Origin: Candidatus Multivoradales bacterium
GTDB taxonomy: Bacteria; Acidobacteriota; Thermoanaerobaculia; Multivoradales; Multivoraceae
NCBI GenBank assembly: GCA_965223325.1
Contig: CBDCWI010000002.1
Span: forward strand, 632,881-696,880
Length of the DNA: 64,000 nucleotides
Direction: 5' to 3'
Of the stretch, positions 9,220 to 19,092 are shown in pieces; within the stretch, counting starts at the first letter, position 1; the number at the start of each line of letters is the position of its first letter. Position numbers and translations under genes: made by a program. The notes under the pieces are model-generated. The model was not told the origin of the DNA. It saw nothing but the letters and a program-made list of their open reading frames with translations, and did not search any database.

Positions 9220-9957
9220 GTGCCCGACAAGCGCCGACAACGTGGCCCGCACCCGCGCGACAGCAGGGACTTCTCCCTCGCGGGGGTCGCGACTCTGAGA
9301 ACGGCGGTCAAGGAGCTCTCGACCCTCCTGAGCTGGGGCTACTCGCACAAGGCGGCAGTGACGCTGGTTGGTGACCGCCACCTGTTGCGGGTGCGTCAAC
9401 GCAAGGCTCTGAGTCGCTGCGCGGCTTCTGATGCGGCGTGCCAGGACCGACTCTCTCGACGGGTGAAGCTCCAGGCCATCGCCGGCGAACAGCTCTGGAT
9501 CGATGGCTACAATGCGTTGTTGACCGTCGAAGCCGCCATGTCGGGAGGCGTCATTCTCATCGGGCGCGACGGCGCGGCGCGCGACCTGGCCTCGTTGAGC
9601 CGCCACTATCGCGACGTTCTCACTACCGGGCCAGCACTCGAAGCCATCACCGCCATGCTCCACCGGGCAGAGGTGGGAGGAGTCCGGTGGTTGCTGGACC
9701 GCCCGATCTCGAACAGTGGCCGGCTGGCCGCTCGGATCCGAGCGATCGGTGAGGCCGCCGGCCGAAGCGACGACGTCGATCTGGTCGCCAGTCCCGATCG
9801 TCTTCTCAAAGAGACCTCCCACCCGATCGCCACCGCCGACAGCGCGATCCTCGACCGCTGCCAGCGCTTCGTCGACCTGGCTGGTGAGACCATCGAAGAG
9901 CACGTACCCAATGCCTGGGTGATCGACTTCTCGGGCCAGGAGGAAGAGCCGGTGTGA
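9220..9957 (+). CDS. Hypothetical protein (possibly DUF434-like)
   Basis: 245-aa GC3-biased ORF located 6 nt after the sulfatase stop. I see no recognisable catalytic motifs and the family assignment is only from memory. Confidence 0.45.
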   Translation: MPDKRRQRGPHPRDSRDFSLAGVATLRTAVKELSTLLSWGYSHKAAVTLVGDRHLLRVRQRKALSRCAASDAACQDRLSRRVKLQAIAGEQLWIDGYNALLTVEAAMSGGVILIGRDGAARDLASLSRHYRDVLTTGPALEAITAMLHRAEVGGVRWLLDRPISNSGRLAARIRAIGEAAGRSDDVDLVASPDRLLKETSHPIATADSAILDRCQRFVDLAGETIEEHVPNAWVIDFSGQEEEPV

Positions 9958-10111
9958 AGATCGGTAGACGAAACGCCTCCGAGAGCGAATCGTAGGCCAG
10001 ATATGATTGAGACTCTCCACCCGAGAAACCGATCGATCGCCGGTCTCCGGCCCGACCCAGCGGGACGGGCGCCAAACGGCCGTATGTTCCAACAACAGAG
10101 AGTCATGCCCG

Positions 10112-11287
10112 ATGTCCGAGACCTTTTCCCACGCGCCATTGTCCGTCGGCCAGCAGCTGCTGTTTCGCGCCCTGTTCTTCGGTTTCGGCTTCATGCTGCC
10201 GGTAGTCTTTGTCGCCGGGACGTTTGCCGCCGGACCGGCCGGTGCCGCTGGAGAGACCGCCGCTGGCGGGTCATCGCAGACCGAGCAGGCCGGTGAGACC
10301 TGGGCCGAGCGCCTCGGCTTTCCCAAAGGCACCCGCGCCGCCATCCTGCACGTCGACGACGTGGGCATGTCGCACGACTCGAACGTCGGCCTGTGGCGCT
10401 CGGCACTGGAGGGAGTCGCCAATTCCGCCTCGATCATGATGCCCTGCCCCTGGGTTCCCGAGTTTTTTCACTGGCTCGAAGACCACCCCGACTTCGACGC
10501 TGGCCTCCACTTGACGCTGACTTCCGAGTGGTCCGAGTACCGTTGGGGGCCGCTACTCGGCAAAGACACCGTACCCGGCCTGGTCGACAGCGAGGGCGCG
10601 ATGTGGAGCAGCGTCGCCGAGGTCGTCGCGAACGCCACCGCCGACGAGGTCGAGCAAGAAATCCGCGCCCAGGTCGAACGGGCGCGCGCCTTCGGCTGGG
10701 AGCCGACCCACCTCGACTCGCACATGGGCACTTTGTTTGCCACCGATGAGTTTCTCGAGCGCTACATGAAGGTCGGTATCGAGCTCGGCATCCCCGTGAT
10801 GATCCCGGCCGGTCACAACACTGCTCTTGAGAACCAATACCGCGACGAGGCCATCGAACAGCTCAAGCGAGCCGGCAAGTACGAAGAAGGCATGAAGGTC
10901 CCGCTGCCTGAGAACCTCTCACGTTCCGGACCCGCCGGCCAGTTGCTCTGGCAAGCCGGGCTGCCGGTCATCGATGACCTCCACAACACCAGCTACGGCT
11001 GGAGGCTGCCCGAAGGCGAGGACTTCTCGGTTGAGGCCATTCGCGAGCTCAAGGTCAAGAACTACCAGCAGGCGATTCGCGAGCTCGAGCCCGGCGTCAC
11101 CATGATCATCATGCACGCCACCGTCCCGAGTGAGAACTTCGAGTTCGTCTCGACATCAGGACCCACCCGTCACGGTGATGCGCTGGCGATGATGGATCCC
11201 CGCCTTCGTAAGACCATCGAAGAAGAAGGCGTCGTGCTCACCACCTGGCGCGAGCTCTACGAACGACGCAAGGCGATCGATCGCTAG
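10112..11287 (+). CDS. YdjC/ChbG-family carbohydrate deacetylase (HpnK-like) with an N-terminal membrane anchor
   Basis: ATG at 10112, an N-terminal hydrophobic segment, then LHVDDVGMSHDSNVG...HLTLTSEW...THLDSHMG, which is characteristic of YdjC-like deacetylases. Confidence 0.6.
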   Translation: MSETFSHAPLSVGQQLLFRALFFGFGFMLPVVFVAGTFAAGPAGAAGETAAGGSSQTEQAGETWAERLGFPKGTRAAILHVDDVGMSHDSNVGLWRSALEGVANSASIMMPCPWVPEFFHWLEDHPDFDAGLHLTLTSEWSEYRWGPLLGKDTVPGLVDSEGAMWSSVAEVVANATADEVEQEIRAQVERARAFGWEPTHLDSHMGTLFATDEFLERYMKVGIELGIPVMIPAGHNTALENQYRDEAIEQLKRAGKYEEGMKVPLPENLSRSGPAGQLLWQAGLPVIDDLHNTSYGWRLPEGEDFSVEAIRELKVKNYQQAIRELEPGVTMIIMHATVPSENFEFVSTSGPTRHGDALAMMDPRLRKTIEEEGVVLTTWRELYERRKAIDR

Positions 11288-11293
11288 ACCTAT

Positions 11294-12631
11294 CTACTTG
11301 ACGAGCAGAATCCGCTCGTTGACCGGGTAGAGCCACTCGACGCCGCGGGCGGTCACCAAGGCGTCATCTTCGAGCGGTATCCGGACCTTCTTTCCGCCCC
11401 ACTCGGGGGCCGCCGTGTAGGCGAACAGCTCGATCGACAGGAGGTTGCTGGCCCGCAAGGTGTATCCCCGACGGACCGGGTTGAAGGTGGCGATCGACGG
11501 ACCGATGCCGTGACCGGTGTTGCCGACCGAGTGGCAGCCGATCACCACATCGGTCGAAAGAGGGTCATCGGTGGGCTGGTTGAAGCCGATCTGCTTGAAG
11601 CCGCCTTCGGAGAGTGCTTCGTAGATCGCCGCCTCCGCTTCTCTTGCCGTGACATTCGGTCGGATGGCGCCACGCACGATGGCGCGCGCTTCCTTGGCGC
11701 GATCGAAGGCGTTTCGTATGCCAGCCGGCGCCTCGGTCTCGCCATCGCGCAGCACGTAGGCGATGCGCTTCATATCGGTATAGAGATTCATCAAGCCAAC
11801 GCCCCAATCGATCATCAACAGATCGCCACGCGCGATGATGTGCTCGTTCGAAAGGTGCGCAATGCCCTCGGGACCGGTGACGTAGATCGACGGCATGCCG
11901 AACGAAAGCCCCAGGCCGCGTTGGAAGAGCTGATCCTGAAGCCACCAGGCGACATCCTCGAGCGTCGTGACGCCAGGTGTGATCACCTCGTTCGAAAAGG
12001 CCCGCTCGGCAAGCTGGCGCGAAATCTCACCGGCCTCGGCAAACGCGGCGATCTCACTGGTGACCCGACGTGAACGGAAGTCCGAAACCAGCTTCTCTGC
12101 CGACACCAGGCGTGATGCATAGGGCTCGCCGAGGGTCTCACGAAGCTGCTCCCAGGCGCTGTAGGTGAGGCCGTCGGCGGCACCGAAGTTGCGCGAGATG
12201 TTGACGCCGATACGCTCTGGATCGCGCGAGCGGACAACCTCGGCCAGATCTCCAGACGGGAGAAACTCGTCGTAGGCCAACGACCGTTCGAGCATGTAGC
12301 CGGTGATACCGAGAGCCAGGCGTTCGATGCGACCGGAACCGTTGTCGAAGAAGACGTAGTAGCCGTCCTTGCCTACGTAGCCCTGGCCCAGATCGAGCCA
12401 CAACGGATCGTGATAGCCCTCGCGCAGCGCCACAATCCACAGATCGATCTGGTTCTCGCGCATGGCCTCTGGCAAGACGAGATCGAACTTGTCGCGCCGG
12501 ATCTGCGCCATCGTCTCCCATCGACGCTTGGCTTCGTTCGCCTCAGAAGAGTCGGGCAGAGCCAGAGGAAGAACGAGGGCCATCGCAAGCGAAGCGCCGA
12601 GAGGAAAGCGAAACGTTGGGTGCATGCTCAT
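11294..12631 (-). CDS. M24-family metallopeptidase (Xaa-Pro aminopeptidase/creatinase-like), secreted
   Basis: ATG at 12631 is preceded by an AGGAGA RBS on the minus strand. The product has a signal peptide (MSMHPTFRFPLGASLAMALVLPLALP) and shows the M24 pita-bread fold pattern (creatinase-like N-terminal domain, HGIGPSIA...). Confidence 0.75.
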   Translation of the reverse strand: MSMHPTFRFPLGASLAMALVLPLALPDSSEANEAKRRWETMAQIRRDKFDLVLPEAMRENQIDLWIVALREGYHDPLWLDLGQGYVGKDGYYVFFDNGSGRIERLALGITGYMLERSLAYDEFLPSGDLAEVVRSRDPERIGVNISRNFGAADGLTYSAWEQLRETLGEPYASRLVSAEKLVSDFRSRRVTSEIAAFAEAGEISRQLAERAFSNEVITPGVTTLEDVAWWLQDQLFQRGLGLSFGMPSIYVTGPEGIAHLSNEHIIARGDLLMIDWGVGLMNLYTDMKRIAYVLRDGETEAPAGIRNAFDRAKEARAIVRGAIRPNVTAREAEAAIYEALSEGGFKQIGFNQPTDDPLSTDVVIGCHSVGNTGHGIGPSIATFNPVRRGYTLRASNLLSIELFAYTAAPEWGGKKVRIPLEDDALVTARGVEWLYPVNERILLVK

Positions 12632-12686
12632 CAGATCTCCTGCAGCTTGAAAGCAAAGAGGCACATCGGGCCGGTTCTCTAGCGGC

Positions 12687-13379
12687 TCACTGTGCGTGGG
12701 CTTTTCGGTGAATCGACGCCAGCTGGCGGCGGAGGCGTTTCTCCTTCACCTGGCCGGAAACGATGCGCCGGTAGCGCTCGGAATCCGCAACAAAACGGCC
12801 GATCTCGGTCAGCACGCCGATCTTGTCCATCGACTCCGCCTCCCGATCGAGAGAAAGGAGAGCCGCCGCAAGGTCGACCTCGTCACGAACGACGTGGCGC
12901 CTGATGCGGTCCCGCTCATCGTTCATGAGAACGACCCCGCTCTTTGTGTCTGCCACCAGGTGGCCTTCTTCGGTCTGCCAGGCCAGGACCTTGACCGGAT
13001 CACCACTCCGCCAGGTCTCGATCAACGCGGTGCGCTCGAATCGAGTCGCTTCGCACACCGACGCCTCGGGATCGCGACGCTCGACCAGCACCAGGTCGTA
13101 CTCACGCCGACGCGTCGGCAGGTGGATCGGATCGAGTACCTCGACCGACACCGCCCAGCCGCCCTCGATCGGCACCGCAGGCACCACCACCCGGCCGATG
13201 AACAAGAAGGCACCAGGTAAGAAGGTGTCTGGCCGCGCGTCGAACTCGGGCAGGCCGCACGGCGACTCGCCCAAGGAGGGCAGAGCGGCGACGGTGGTCA
13301 GGAGAAGGCCTGCCACGACCGCCCACCGAGCACTGCCGCGGCCGCCACTGCGGCGGGTGCGAGGTTTCATTCCCGCCAA
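12687..13379 (-). CDS. Hypothetical secreted protein
   Basis: 230-aa ORF with a basic N-terminus followed by a hydrophobic stretch (signal peptide). No known motifs. Confidence 0.45.
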   Translation of the reverse strand: MAGMKPRTRRSGGRGSARWAVVAGLLLTTVAALPSLGESPCGLPEFDARPDTFLPGAFLFIGRVVVPAVPIEGGWAVSVEVLDPIHLPTRRREYDLVLVERRDPEASVCEATRFERTALIETWRSGDPVKVLAWQTEEGHLVADTKSGVVLMNDERDRIRRHVVRDEVDLAAALLSLDREAESMDKIGVLTEIGRFVADSERYRRIVSGQVKEKRLRRQLASIHRKAHAQ

Positions 13380-13403
13380 GCTACCACCGGCACCCGGGAC
13401 CCT

Positions 13404-15680
13404 CTAGCGGCCGCCGAAGACGTCGATCAGGTGGCTGTACTTGATGATCAGGGAGCGGTCAGGGCGTAGGAACTGCCGCCCACGGCCGAACTCGTCGATC
13501 TCGTTGTAGACCACGAACAGGCCGGTATTCGCGCCCTGCAACCAGCTGAAGCGCAGATTCGTCGAGATGGCATCGGTAACGTCGTTGTACTGCACCAGGG
13601 TCTGCACCAACATACGCGGTGTGATCGCAAACGAGACCCGGGCCCGACCGAGGTTGATCTCGAAGTCGCCGAGCGGCAGGTTGACGTTGTCGTGACGCCA
13701 GGTGAGCTGAGACGTCAGCTGTTCTCCCCAACGTAGTGCCACCGTGTTGCTCATCGACACCCGATCACCGCCGAAGAAGCCGCCTATCGTGATGCGGTTG
13801 GAGTAACTGTAGGGGGCGCCCTGGTTGGTGAAGAAGACGATCTGGGCCTCGTCGTGGCTGTACTCGCCGGCTGGTACGAAGACATCGGGCGCGATTTCGA
13901 ACGTTTCGCGCACCCCCTCGTAGGTGAAGTTGATCCCAGTGTGAATCTCCATACCACTGCGCCACTCCCAGTGGTTGTCGACGTGAATGAACTCGGACTC
14001 CTGCTCGTCGTCGAGGTAGTCCCAATAGCCGGTGTACGACACGTGCGGCCGGAGCTCCTGCAGGCCCCAGCGATCTTTGGGCCTGATGGTGCGCATGACG
14101 AAACCTGAACCCTTGTGAAAGGCCGAGCGCGACAGGAAGCCGACTTCCGGGTTGAAGGCGTCACCGGTCTCGGTGTAGTCGAGAAAGCCGCGCCACTTCG
14201 GCGAGGCATGGGAGTAGTTGAGCTGGAAGGCGTGGTCATCGCCGTCGAGCCCCGGGGTGTCGGTCTGGGCAACGAAGCCGCGCAACGTGTGGTACTCGCC
14301 AATGCCGGCCTGGAAGTCGAGGCCATAGGTGCGGTTCGAGTCGCCGGCGGGCGAAAAGGAACCCGACCCGTCGCGCGATATCGCGATGACGCCGATGTTC
14401 GAACGGTTCGGCAGGTCACGGCTGACTCGCGCGACACCGAACGCGTTGGCCTGTACGGCTGCGTTGTCGCCCTTGGCACGCAGCGAATCGGTGCGCATGC
14501 CGAGAACACCGACCGACGTCCGGCCGACGCGACCCGAGAGACGCAGGCCGCCTGCGATCGGAATCTGTTGACCGGCCGGTCCCAGTCCGATCCGGCGGCT
14601 GAAGAAGAGATCGACCTCGCCGGAGCTACCGACGGCGAACAAACCGGCGTTCTCGAGAAAGAAGGGGCGCTTCTCGGGAAAGAACAGATTGAAGCGATCG
14701 AGATTGACCTGCTGTTCGTCGACCTCGACCTGGGCGAAGTCGGTATTGATGGTGGCGTCGAGCGTCAGGCTTGGGGTAATGCCCCACTTGGCGTCGATGC
14801 CAACCTCGGCATCGTCACTTTCACCTCGAGCCTCCGCAGGATCCTGGCGCACCGTACCGAGTGCATAGGGGATCAACTGAAGATTGCGCTGCGGAGGTAC
14901 CTCGAGACCACTGATAGTGCCCGCCTCGGTCAAGCGATCGATACTCATCTGTCGATCGAGCGGCGCCCAGAACGCTGTCTCGTTGCGCCGCCGGATGTTG
15001 CGCTGGAAGTTGATCCCCCAGCTCTGCACTCGACCGGGCGGGTAGCGCAGAGTGGAGAACGGAATGGCCATCTCCGCCGACCACCCGTCGGCGCTCTGCT
15101 GGGCGGCCACCAACCAGTCGCCGTCCCAGTTCAAATTGAAGCCGCCGCCGGCGCCACCGCGGAAACGCCCGCCGCCACCGAGGGATCCGAACGCTCCCGA
15201 GCCGCCGCGCACGACCTGGCCGTCGTACTCGATGCCTGCTGGGTTGGTGCCGAAGAGAAAGCCGTTCTGCCCGTCCTCGAAGGTGTCGAAGATGACCTGA
15301 AAACTGTCGCCGTCATTGAGCGAGGCATCGCGCCGTGCATCGGAAACGATGATCGCATCAGGCTCGCGGTCATACGCCATGAGACCGATATAGAGCGTGT
15401 CCTCGGTGAAGGCGATGCGCACCTCGGTCTTCTCCGACGCGGCCTGACCTGCGAATGGACTGGTCTGGAAGAAGCCGGTCGCCGGCGGCACATCTGCCCA
15501 CACCGGATCGCCCAGGACATCGCCGTCGACCGTCGGTGGTCCGTCCACGGCCATCGCGGTCATCGACGGGCGCGGGCTCGAGGCGTCTTCGGCCATCGCC
15601 GGAGGCGCCAGCACCACCATCGCAACGGCCACCGCGGCGAAGCAACAGAGGAAAGGTCGACCAAGGGGGAAGCGCAACAT
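13404..15680 (-). CDS. DUF5916/CBM9-like secreted outer-membrane-associated protein
   Basis: ATG at 15680 (cat on the plus strand, verified). The product has a signal peptide, then DGxLxDxxWxxV...F motifs typical of CBM9-like/DUF5916 proteins, and is 758 aa. The antisense 572-aa ORF is Arg/Gly-rich and I discount it. Confidence 0.6.
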   Translation of the reverse strand: MLRFPLGRPFLCCFAAVAVAMVVLAPPAMAEDASSPRPSMTAMAVDGPPTVDGDVLGDPVWADVPPATGFFQTSPFAGQAASEKTEVRIAFTEDTLYIGLMAYDREPDAIIVSDARRDASLNDGDSFQVIFDTFEDGQNGFLFGTNPAGIEYDGQVVRGGSGAFGSLGGGGRFRGGAGGGFNLNWDGDWLVAAQQSADGWSAEMAIPFSTLRYPPGRVQSWGINFQRNIRRRNETAFWAPLDRQMSIDRLTEAGTISGLEVPPQRNLQLIPYALGTVRQDPAEARGESDDAEVGIDAKWGITPSLTLDATINTDFAQVEVDEQQVNLDRFNLFFPEKRPFFLENAGLFAVGSSGEVDLFFSRRIGLGPAGQQIPIAGGLRLSGRVGRTSVGVLGMRTDSLRAKGDNAAVQANAFGVARVSRDLPNRSNIGVIAISRDGSGSFSPAGDSNRTYGLDFQAGIGEYHTLRGFVAQTDTPGLDGDDHAFQLNYSHASPKWRGFLDYTETGDAFNPEVGFLSRSAFHKGSGFVMRTIRPKDRWGLQELRPHVSYTGYWDYLDDEQESEFIHVDNHWEWRSGMEIHTGINFTYEGVRETFEIAPDVFVPAGEYSHDEAQIVFFTNQGAPYSYSNRITIGGFFGGDRVSMSNTVALRWGEQLTSQLTWRHDNVNLPLGDFEINLGRARVSFAITPRMLVQTLVQYNDVTDAISTNLRFSWLQGANTGLFVVYNEIDEFGRGRQFLRPDRSLIIKYSHLIDVFGGR

Positions 15681-15874
15681 GAAGAAAACCTCGTGGGTAC
15701 TTATTCGGGCCCGCTGGCGCAGCCGGTGCTGACAACGCTCACGGCGCTTTCCACGAGAATGCGGCCGAGGACCAGTGCGAGGGACTATCCCAGGCTACTG
15801 GCCGTCCGGTCAATAGCTCGCTTCTTCTTCTAGCTCTTCCAGGCGGCTCCGGGTCTTACGCCGCGGGGCATAGG

Positions 15875-16471
15875 ATGCCCGCCATGGAGCAGTTCAGAAA
15901 AGCCAAACGGGTCGCCGACATCGATTGGGCGACCTGGCGGGCGGTCGAGCGCGCCACCCTCGTTTTCGTCACCCGAAAGGTCCGTCGAAAGCGCGAGGTC
16001 CTCTTGATTCGCAAGAAGCGCGGCCTCGGCGCCGGCAAGATCAACGGCCCTGGCGGCAAGCTCGATCCCGGCGAGAGCGCCCGCCAATGCGCAGCCCGCG
16101 AGACCCAGGAAGAACTGCGAATCGAAGTCTCTGACCTAGAACTGATGGCCGAACACCGTTTCCAGTTCCAGAACGGCCACTCGATCCACGTGCTCGTCTA
16201 CACCACCGAACGCTTCTCTGGCACCCCGACGGAGACCGATGAAGCCGTCCCGCTGTGGACCGATACCAGAGAGGTCCCGTGGTCAGAAATGTGGGCCGAC
16301 GACGAACTCTGGCTGCCCTATCTGTTCGAAGGCCGCACGGTGCGGGCGGAGTGGATCTTCGACGGCGAAGCAATGTGTGACGGTGTCATCGAGGTCGCGG
16401 TTGCACTCGACGAGGATGCGCTTGCTGACGGCTACTGCGACAGCCATGCGGAGAATGCCAACCAGCCTTGA
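15875..16471 (+). CDS. NUDIX hydrolase (MutT-like)
   Basis: Nudix box GPGGKLDPGESARQCAARETQEELRIE (GX5EX7REUXEEXGU). Confidence 0.85.
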   Translation: MPAMEQFRKAKRVADIDWATWRAVERATLVFVTRKVRRKREVLLIRKKRGLGAGKINGPGGKLDPGESARQCAARETQEELRIEVSDLELMAEHRFQFQNGHSIHVLVYTTERFSGTPTETDEAVPLWTDTREVPWSEMWADDELWLPYLFEGRTVRAEWIFDGEAMCDGVIEVAVALDEDALADGYCDSHAENANQP

Positions 16472-16502
16472 GGCTGGTTGGCACCTTTCGATCCGCGATC
16501 GG

Positions 16503-17279
16503 CTAGGGAGCCTGGATGTTGCTGAGCTCGGGCACGAAGGCCATGATCGAACGACGCGAGGCGATGGCACTTGTCGCATCCATCATGCGAGCCGCCTCTG
16601 CCGCGCCGTACTCCTCCGCTAGAACTGCGGGCACACCGGGAAAGTCGTCGATGGCCGCGAACGAGTCGATACCCGTAAAGAAGCCGTACTCCGCACCCTG
16701 CCCACCGATGGTCGTCTGCAGGCACAGGACCGGGTCGACGTCGTCGTTCTTGCGGGCCGCCTTGACCCAGGCTCCGGCGCCCTTGGCAAAAGTCTCCATC
16801 TGATCCGGCGCGGGCCTGAAGCCTGTGAAGTACAGGTAGGCCGGAGGTGCCATCGAGGGCGTTTCCGAGGGCTTCGACCATTGTTGACACTCGGTCACTA
16901 CCCGCGTCTCGCTGGCCGAATTCGCCGCCAGGGCGGCGCCGACTTTGGCAGCCTTCGCGGCTCCCAAGGACTCCGTCAGCACCTCTTGCGGCTGTGCCCA
17001 GCCATCCATGTCGCCCATCTTCTGGATCGGCACGAAGAAGACGAAGCTGGTTCCCTCGCCGGTGACATTGGTGTAGGTCGCCCAGCTGTTGCCGTTGTCA
17101 TGCTTCTTGTGGGCCTCAACCACGGAGGCCAGGGCCTCGGTGTAGGCCGCTTCGCCACCGGGGTGGATATCGGCCGAAATGACGTAGAACATGGAACCGG
17201 GCGCCTCGTCTTGAGCGAGGCCAGGCATGGCGATCAGGGCCATACTGAGTCCAAGCAGGAATGTCAGGACGTACTTCAT
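16503..17279 (-). CDS. Hypothetical secreted protein
   Basis: ATG at 17279 is preceded by a GGGAGG RBS. The product begins with a signal peptide (MKYVLTFLLGLSMALIAMPGLAQ). Confidence 0.55.
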   Translation of the reverse strand: MKYVLTFLLGLSMALIAMPGLAQDEAPGSMFYVISADIHPGGEAAYTEALASVVEAHKKHDNGNSWATYTNVTGEGTSFVFFVPIQKMGDMDGWAQPQEVLTESLGAAKAAKVGAALAANSASETRVVTECQQWSKPSETPSMAPPAYLYFTGFRPAPDQMETFAKGAGAWVKAARKNDDVDPVLCLQTTIGGQGAEYGFFTGIDSFAAIDDFPGVPAVLAEEYGAAEAARMMDATSAIASRRSIMAFVPELSNIQAP

Positions 17280-17509
17280 TGAGAAACCTCCCTGAGTTTG
17301 TGGAACGGTACGGATCAATTGCACGTTGAGTGCACGAGCGTCAGCCGGCCAGAGTCCGAACCCGCTGGGCACTTCCGGAGGAACCGCCAGCGGAGTAAGG
17401 AGGAGAGCGTTCTTGGTTGTCGTGGCTTGCAGACAGGGTAGAGCGCCAGCAAGAAATCGTCAAGTGCGGATCGTCTGGAAGGGGTGCCCATGAAAGCGCC
17501 CGCTATCCC

Positions 17510-18010
17510 CTACTCCTCTTCGTCAGCCAAGACGCGCAGCAGGTCGGAGGCGGTGATGATGCCGACCGGTGCGTTGTCATCGGTCACCAGAACCCGGCGA
17601 ATGTGGGCGCTCTGCATCATGCGGGCGACTTCGGACAGTGACGCGGTCACCGGGACGGAGTAGATGGCGCGGTTCATGATGTCGTTGACGTCTCGCGACA
17701 CGTCCTCGAGGTGAAAGCCGCCCTGAGCGGGACCATCGAGGGACTCGTTCCACTCGCGTACCCAGTAGTCCGGCAGGGCGTAGTTCCAGCCCGGGGCGGC
17801 GCGCTCGACGGCGACCCCGGCGAGATCGTAGAGCGACACAACGCCGACGAGATCGCCAGCCTCATCCTCAACGAGGGCGCCGCTGATCTCGTGCTCGATC
17901 AGAAACTCGGCAAGGGCAGAGACCGGCATGTCCGAGGGCACGATACGCAGGTCTGTGGTCATCAAGTCGGCGATCTTCGTTCTGCTTCGGGCGGCGGTCG
18001 AGGTCTTCAT
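17510..18010 (-). CDS. CBS-pair domain protein
   Basis: Start at ATG 18010 (verified). The product has two CBS motifs (ADLMTTDLRIV...GALVEDEAGDLVGVVS and DIMNRAIYSV...RVLVTDDNAPVGIITASDL). Confidence 0.7.
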   Translation of the reverse strand: MKTSTAARSRTKIADLMTTDLRIVPSDMPVSALAEFLIEHEISGALVEDEAGDLVGVVSLYDLAGVAVERAAPGWNYALPDYWVREWNESLDGPAQGGFHLEDVSRDVNDIMNRAIYSVPVTASLSEVARMMQSAHIRRVLVTDDNAPVGIITASDLLRVLADEEE

Positions 18011-18151
18011 GCGTGGCCCCTCTGGTAGCGGTCGGTTTCGAGCTTCACGCAGCGAGTGTGTTGCGGTTCGCCGGCGGCGGGCACCCGGGTTTATGGCCAG
18101 TCGACCACGTGGAATCCGCAGCCGGGACACCGCCCTACCGCCGATGACCGA

Positions 18152-18964
18152 TCAAGAGCGCCTGTTCCAACGATTCATCCCCGCGCGCGCAACGAAGCCT
18201 GCGGTGATGAAGCCCGCAAGCATGAGCCAGTTCCAATTGTGACCGTAGGAGATGATCGGAAAGTGGTTGCTCACCATGATGAAAATGAGGGGCAAAGCCA
18301 TGAAGGTGTTGTGGGTCGAGCGCTCTTTGGCGCGAAGGCCCAGGCTCAGGTCGGGTTCTTCACCCGCTTTTAGGCTTTCGACCATCGCCCGCTGCCCAGG
18401 AAGAATGCGCATCCAGACGTTGGCCGTCATGATCGTTCCCATGACCGCACCGACGTGGATGTAGGCGGCGCGGCCCGAGAAAACCCGACTCATCGCGTAG
18501 CCAAGGGCAAAGAGGGCAAGCGTCGAGACCACGCTTCCGAGCGCTTCTCGCTCTACGAAGACCGTGTTCCATAGGAAGTCGTAGACCAACCAGCTGAACG
18601 CCAGTACCGCCAGTGAGATCATGATCGCAACGCCGAGGCTCGCTTCGGAGCTGAAGTCGAGAAGAGCGCCGCCGTAGTAGTAGACCAGCGCCAGCATCAG
18701 GATTCCACTCAGCCAGCTCGCCGCCGCCTCCCACTTGAACCAGTGCAGAACCCTGGGTAACGGGTCCGGAACTCCCAGCTTCTCGACCCGATAGAAGCCG
18801 CCGCTGTGCACCATCCACACGCGCTCGATGCCCTGGTCGTCCTGCTCGATCCTCATCCGGGTATCGAGCCAGGCAAAGAAGGCAGTCTGCCCGATCCACA
18901 GCACGCCGGCCACGACATGAAACCAGCGGGTCGCAAGATGAATCCAGTTGTAGAGCGTATCCAT
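18152..18964 (-). CDS. Urate-hydroxylase (PuuD) N-terminal-like membrane protein; it lacks a cytochrome c domain
   Basis: N-terminus MDTLYNWIHLATRWFHVVAGVLWIGQTAFFAWLD resembles the Urate_ox_N membrane domain. The product is a multi-TM protein of 270 aa. Confidence 0.5.
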   Translation of the reverse strand: MDTLYNWIHLATRWFHVVAGVLWIGQTAFFAWLDTRMRIEQDDQGIERVWMVHSGGFYRVEKLGVPDPLPRVLHWFKWEAAASWLSGILMLALVYYYGGALLDFSSEASLGVAIMISLAVLAFSWLVYDFLWNTVFVEREALGSVVSTLALFALGYAMSRVFSGRAAYIHVGAVMGTIMTANVWMRILPGQRAMVESLKAGEEPDLSLGLRAKERSTHNTFMALPLIFIMVSNHFPIISYGHNWNWLMLAGFITAGFVARAGMNRWNRRS

Positions 18965-18975
18965 GCGCCTCCTGA

Positions 18976-19003
18976 CGAGGTAGCGAGGTAACGAGGTAAC
19001 GAG
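18976..19003. repeat. Tandem octamer repeat CGAGGTA(A/G) x3.5 in the 5' UTR of the PuuD-like gene
   Basis: Direct reading gives cgaggtag cgaggtaa cgaggtaa cgag. On the minus strand these become ACCTCG repeats immediately upstream of the GGAGG RBS. Confidence 0.5.
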
Positions 19004-19092
19004 CCTACCCGCTTCGATCGACCGCTCGCCGAGCGCGACGAAACACGCTCAGCCCCGCCGCGCTAGGATCGCCGCTCCCAACTGGAGTCACC

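Noticed and set aside
14115-15833. 572-aa plus-strand ORF antisense to the DUF5916 gene
   Set aside because: The translation is Arg/Gly/Ala/Glu-rich. The minus-strand product has a signal peptide and coherent domain structure, and its ATG start is verified.
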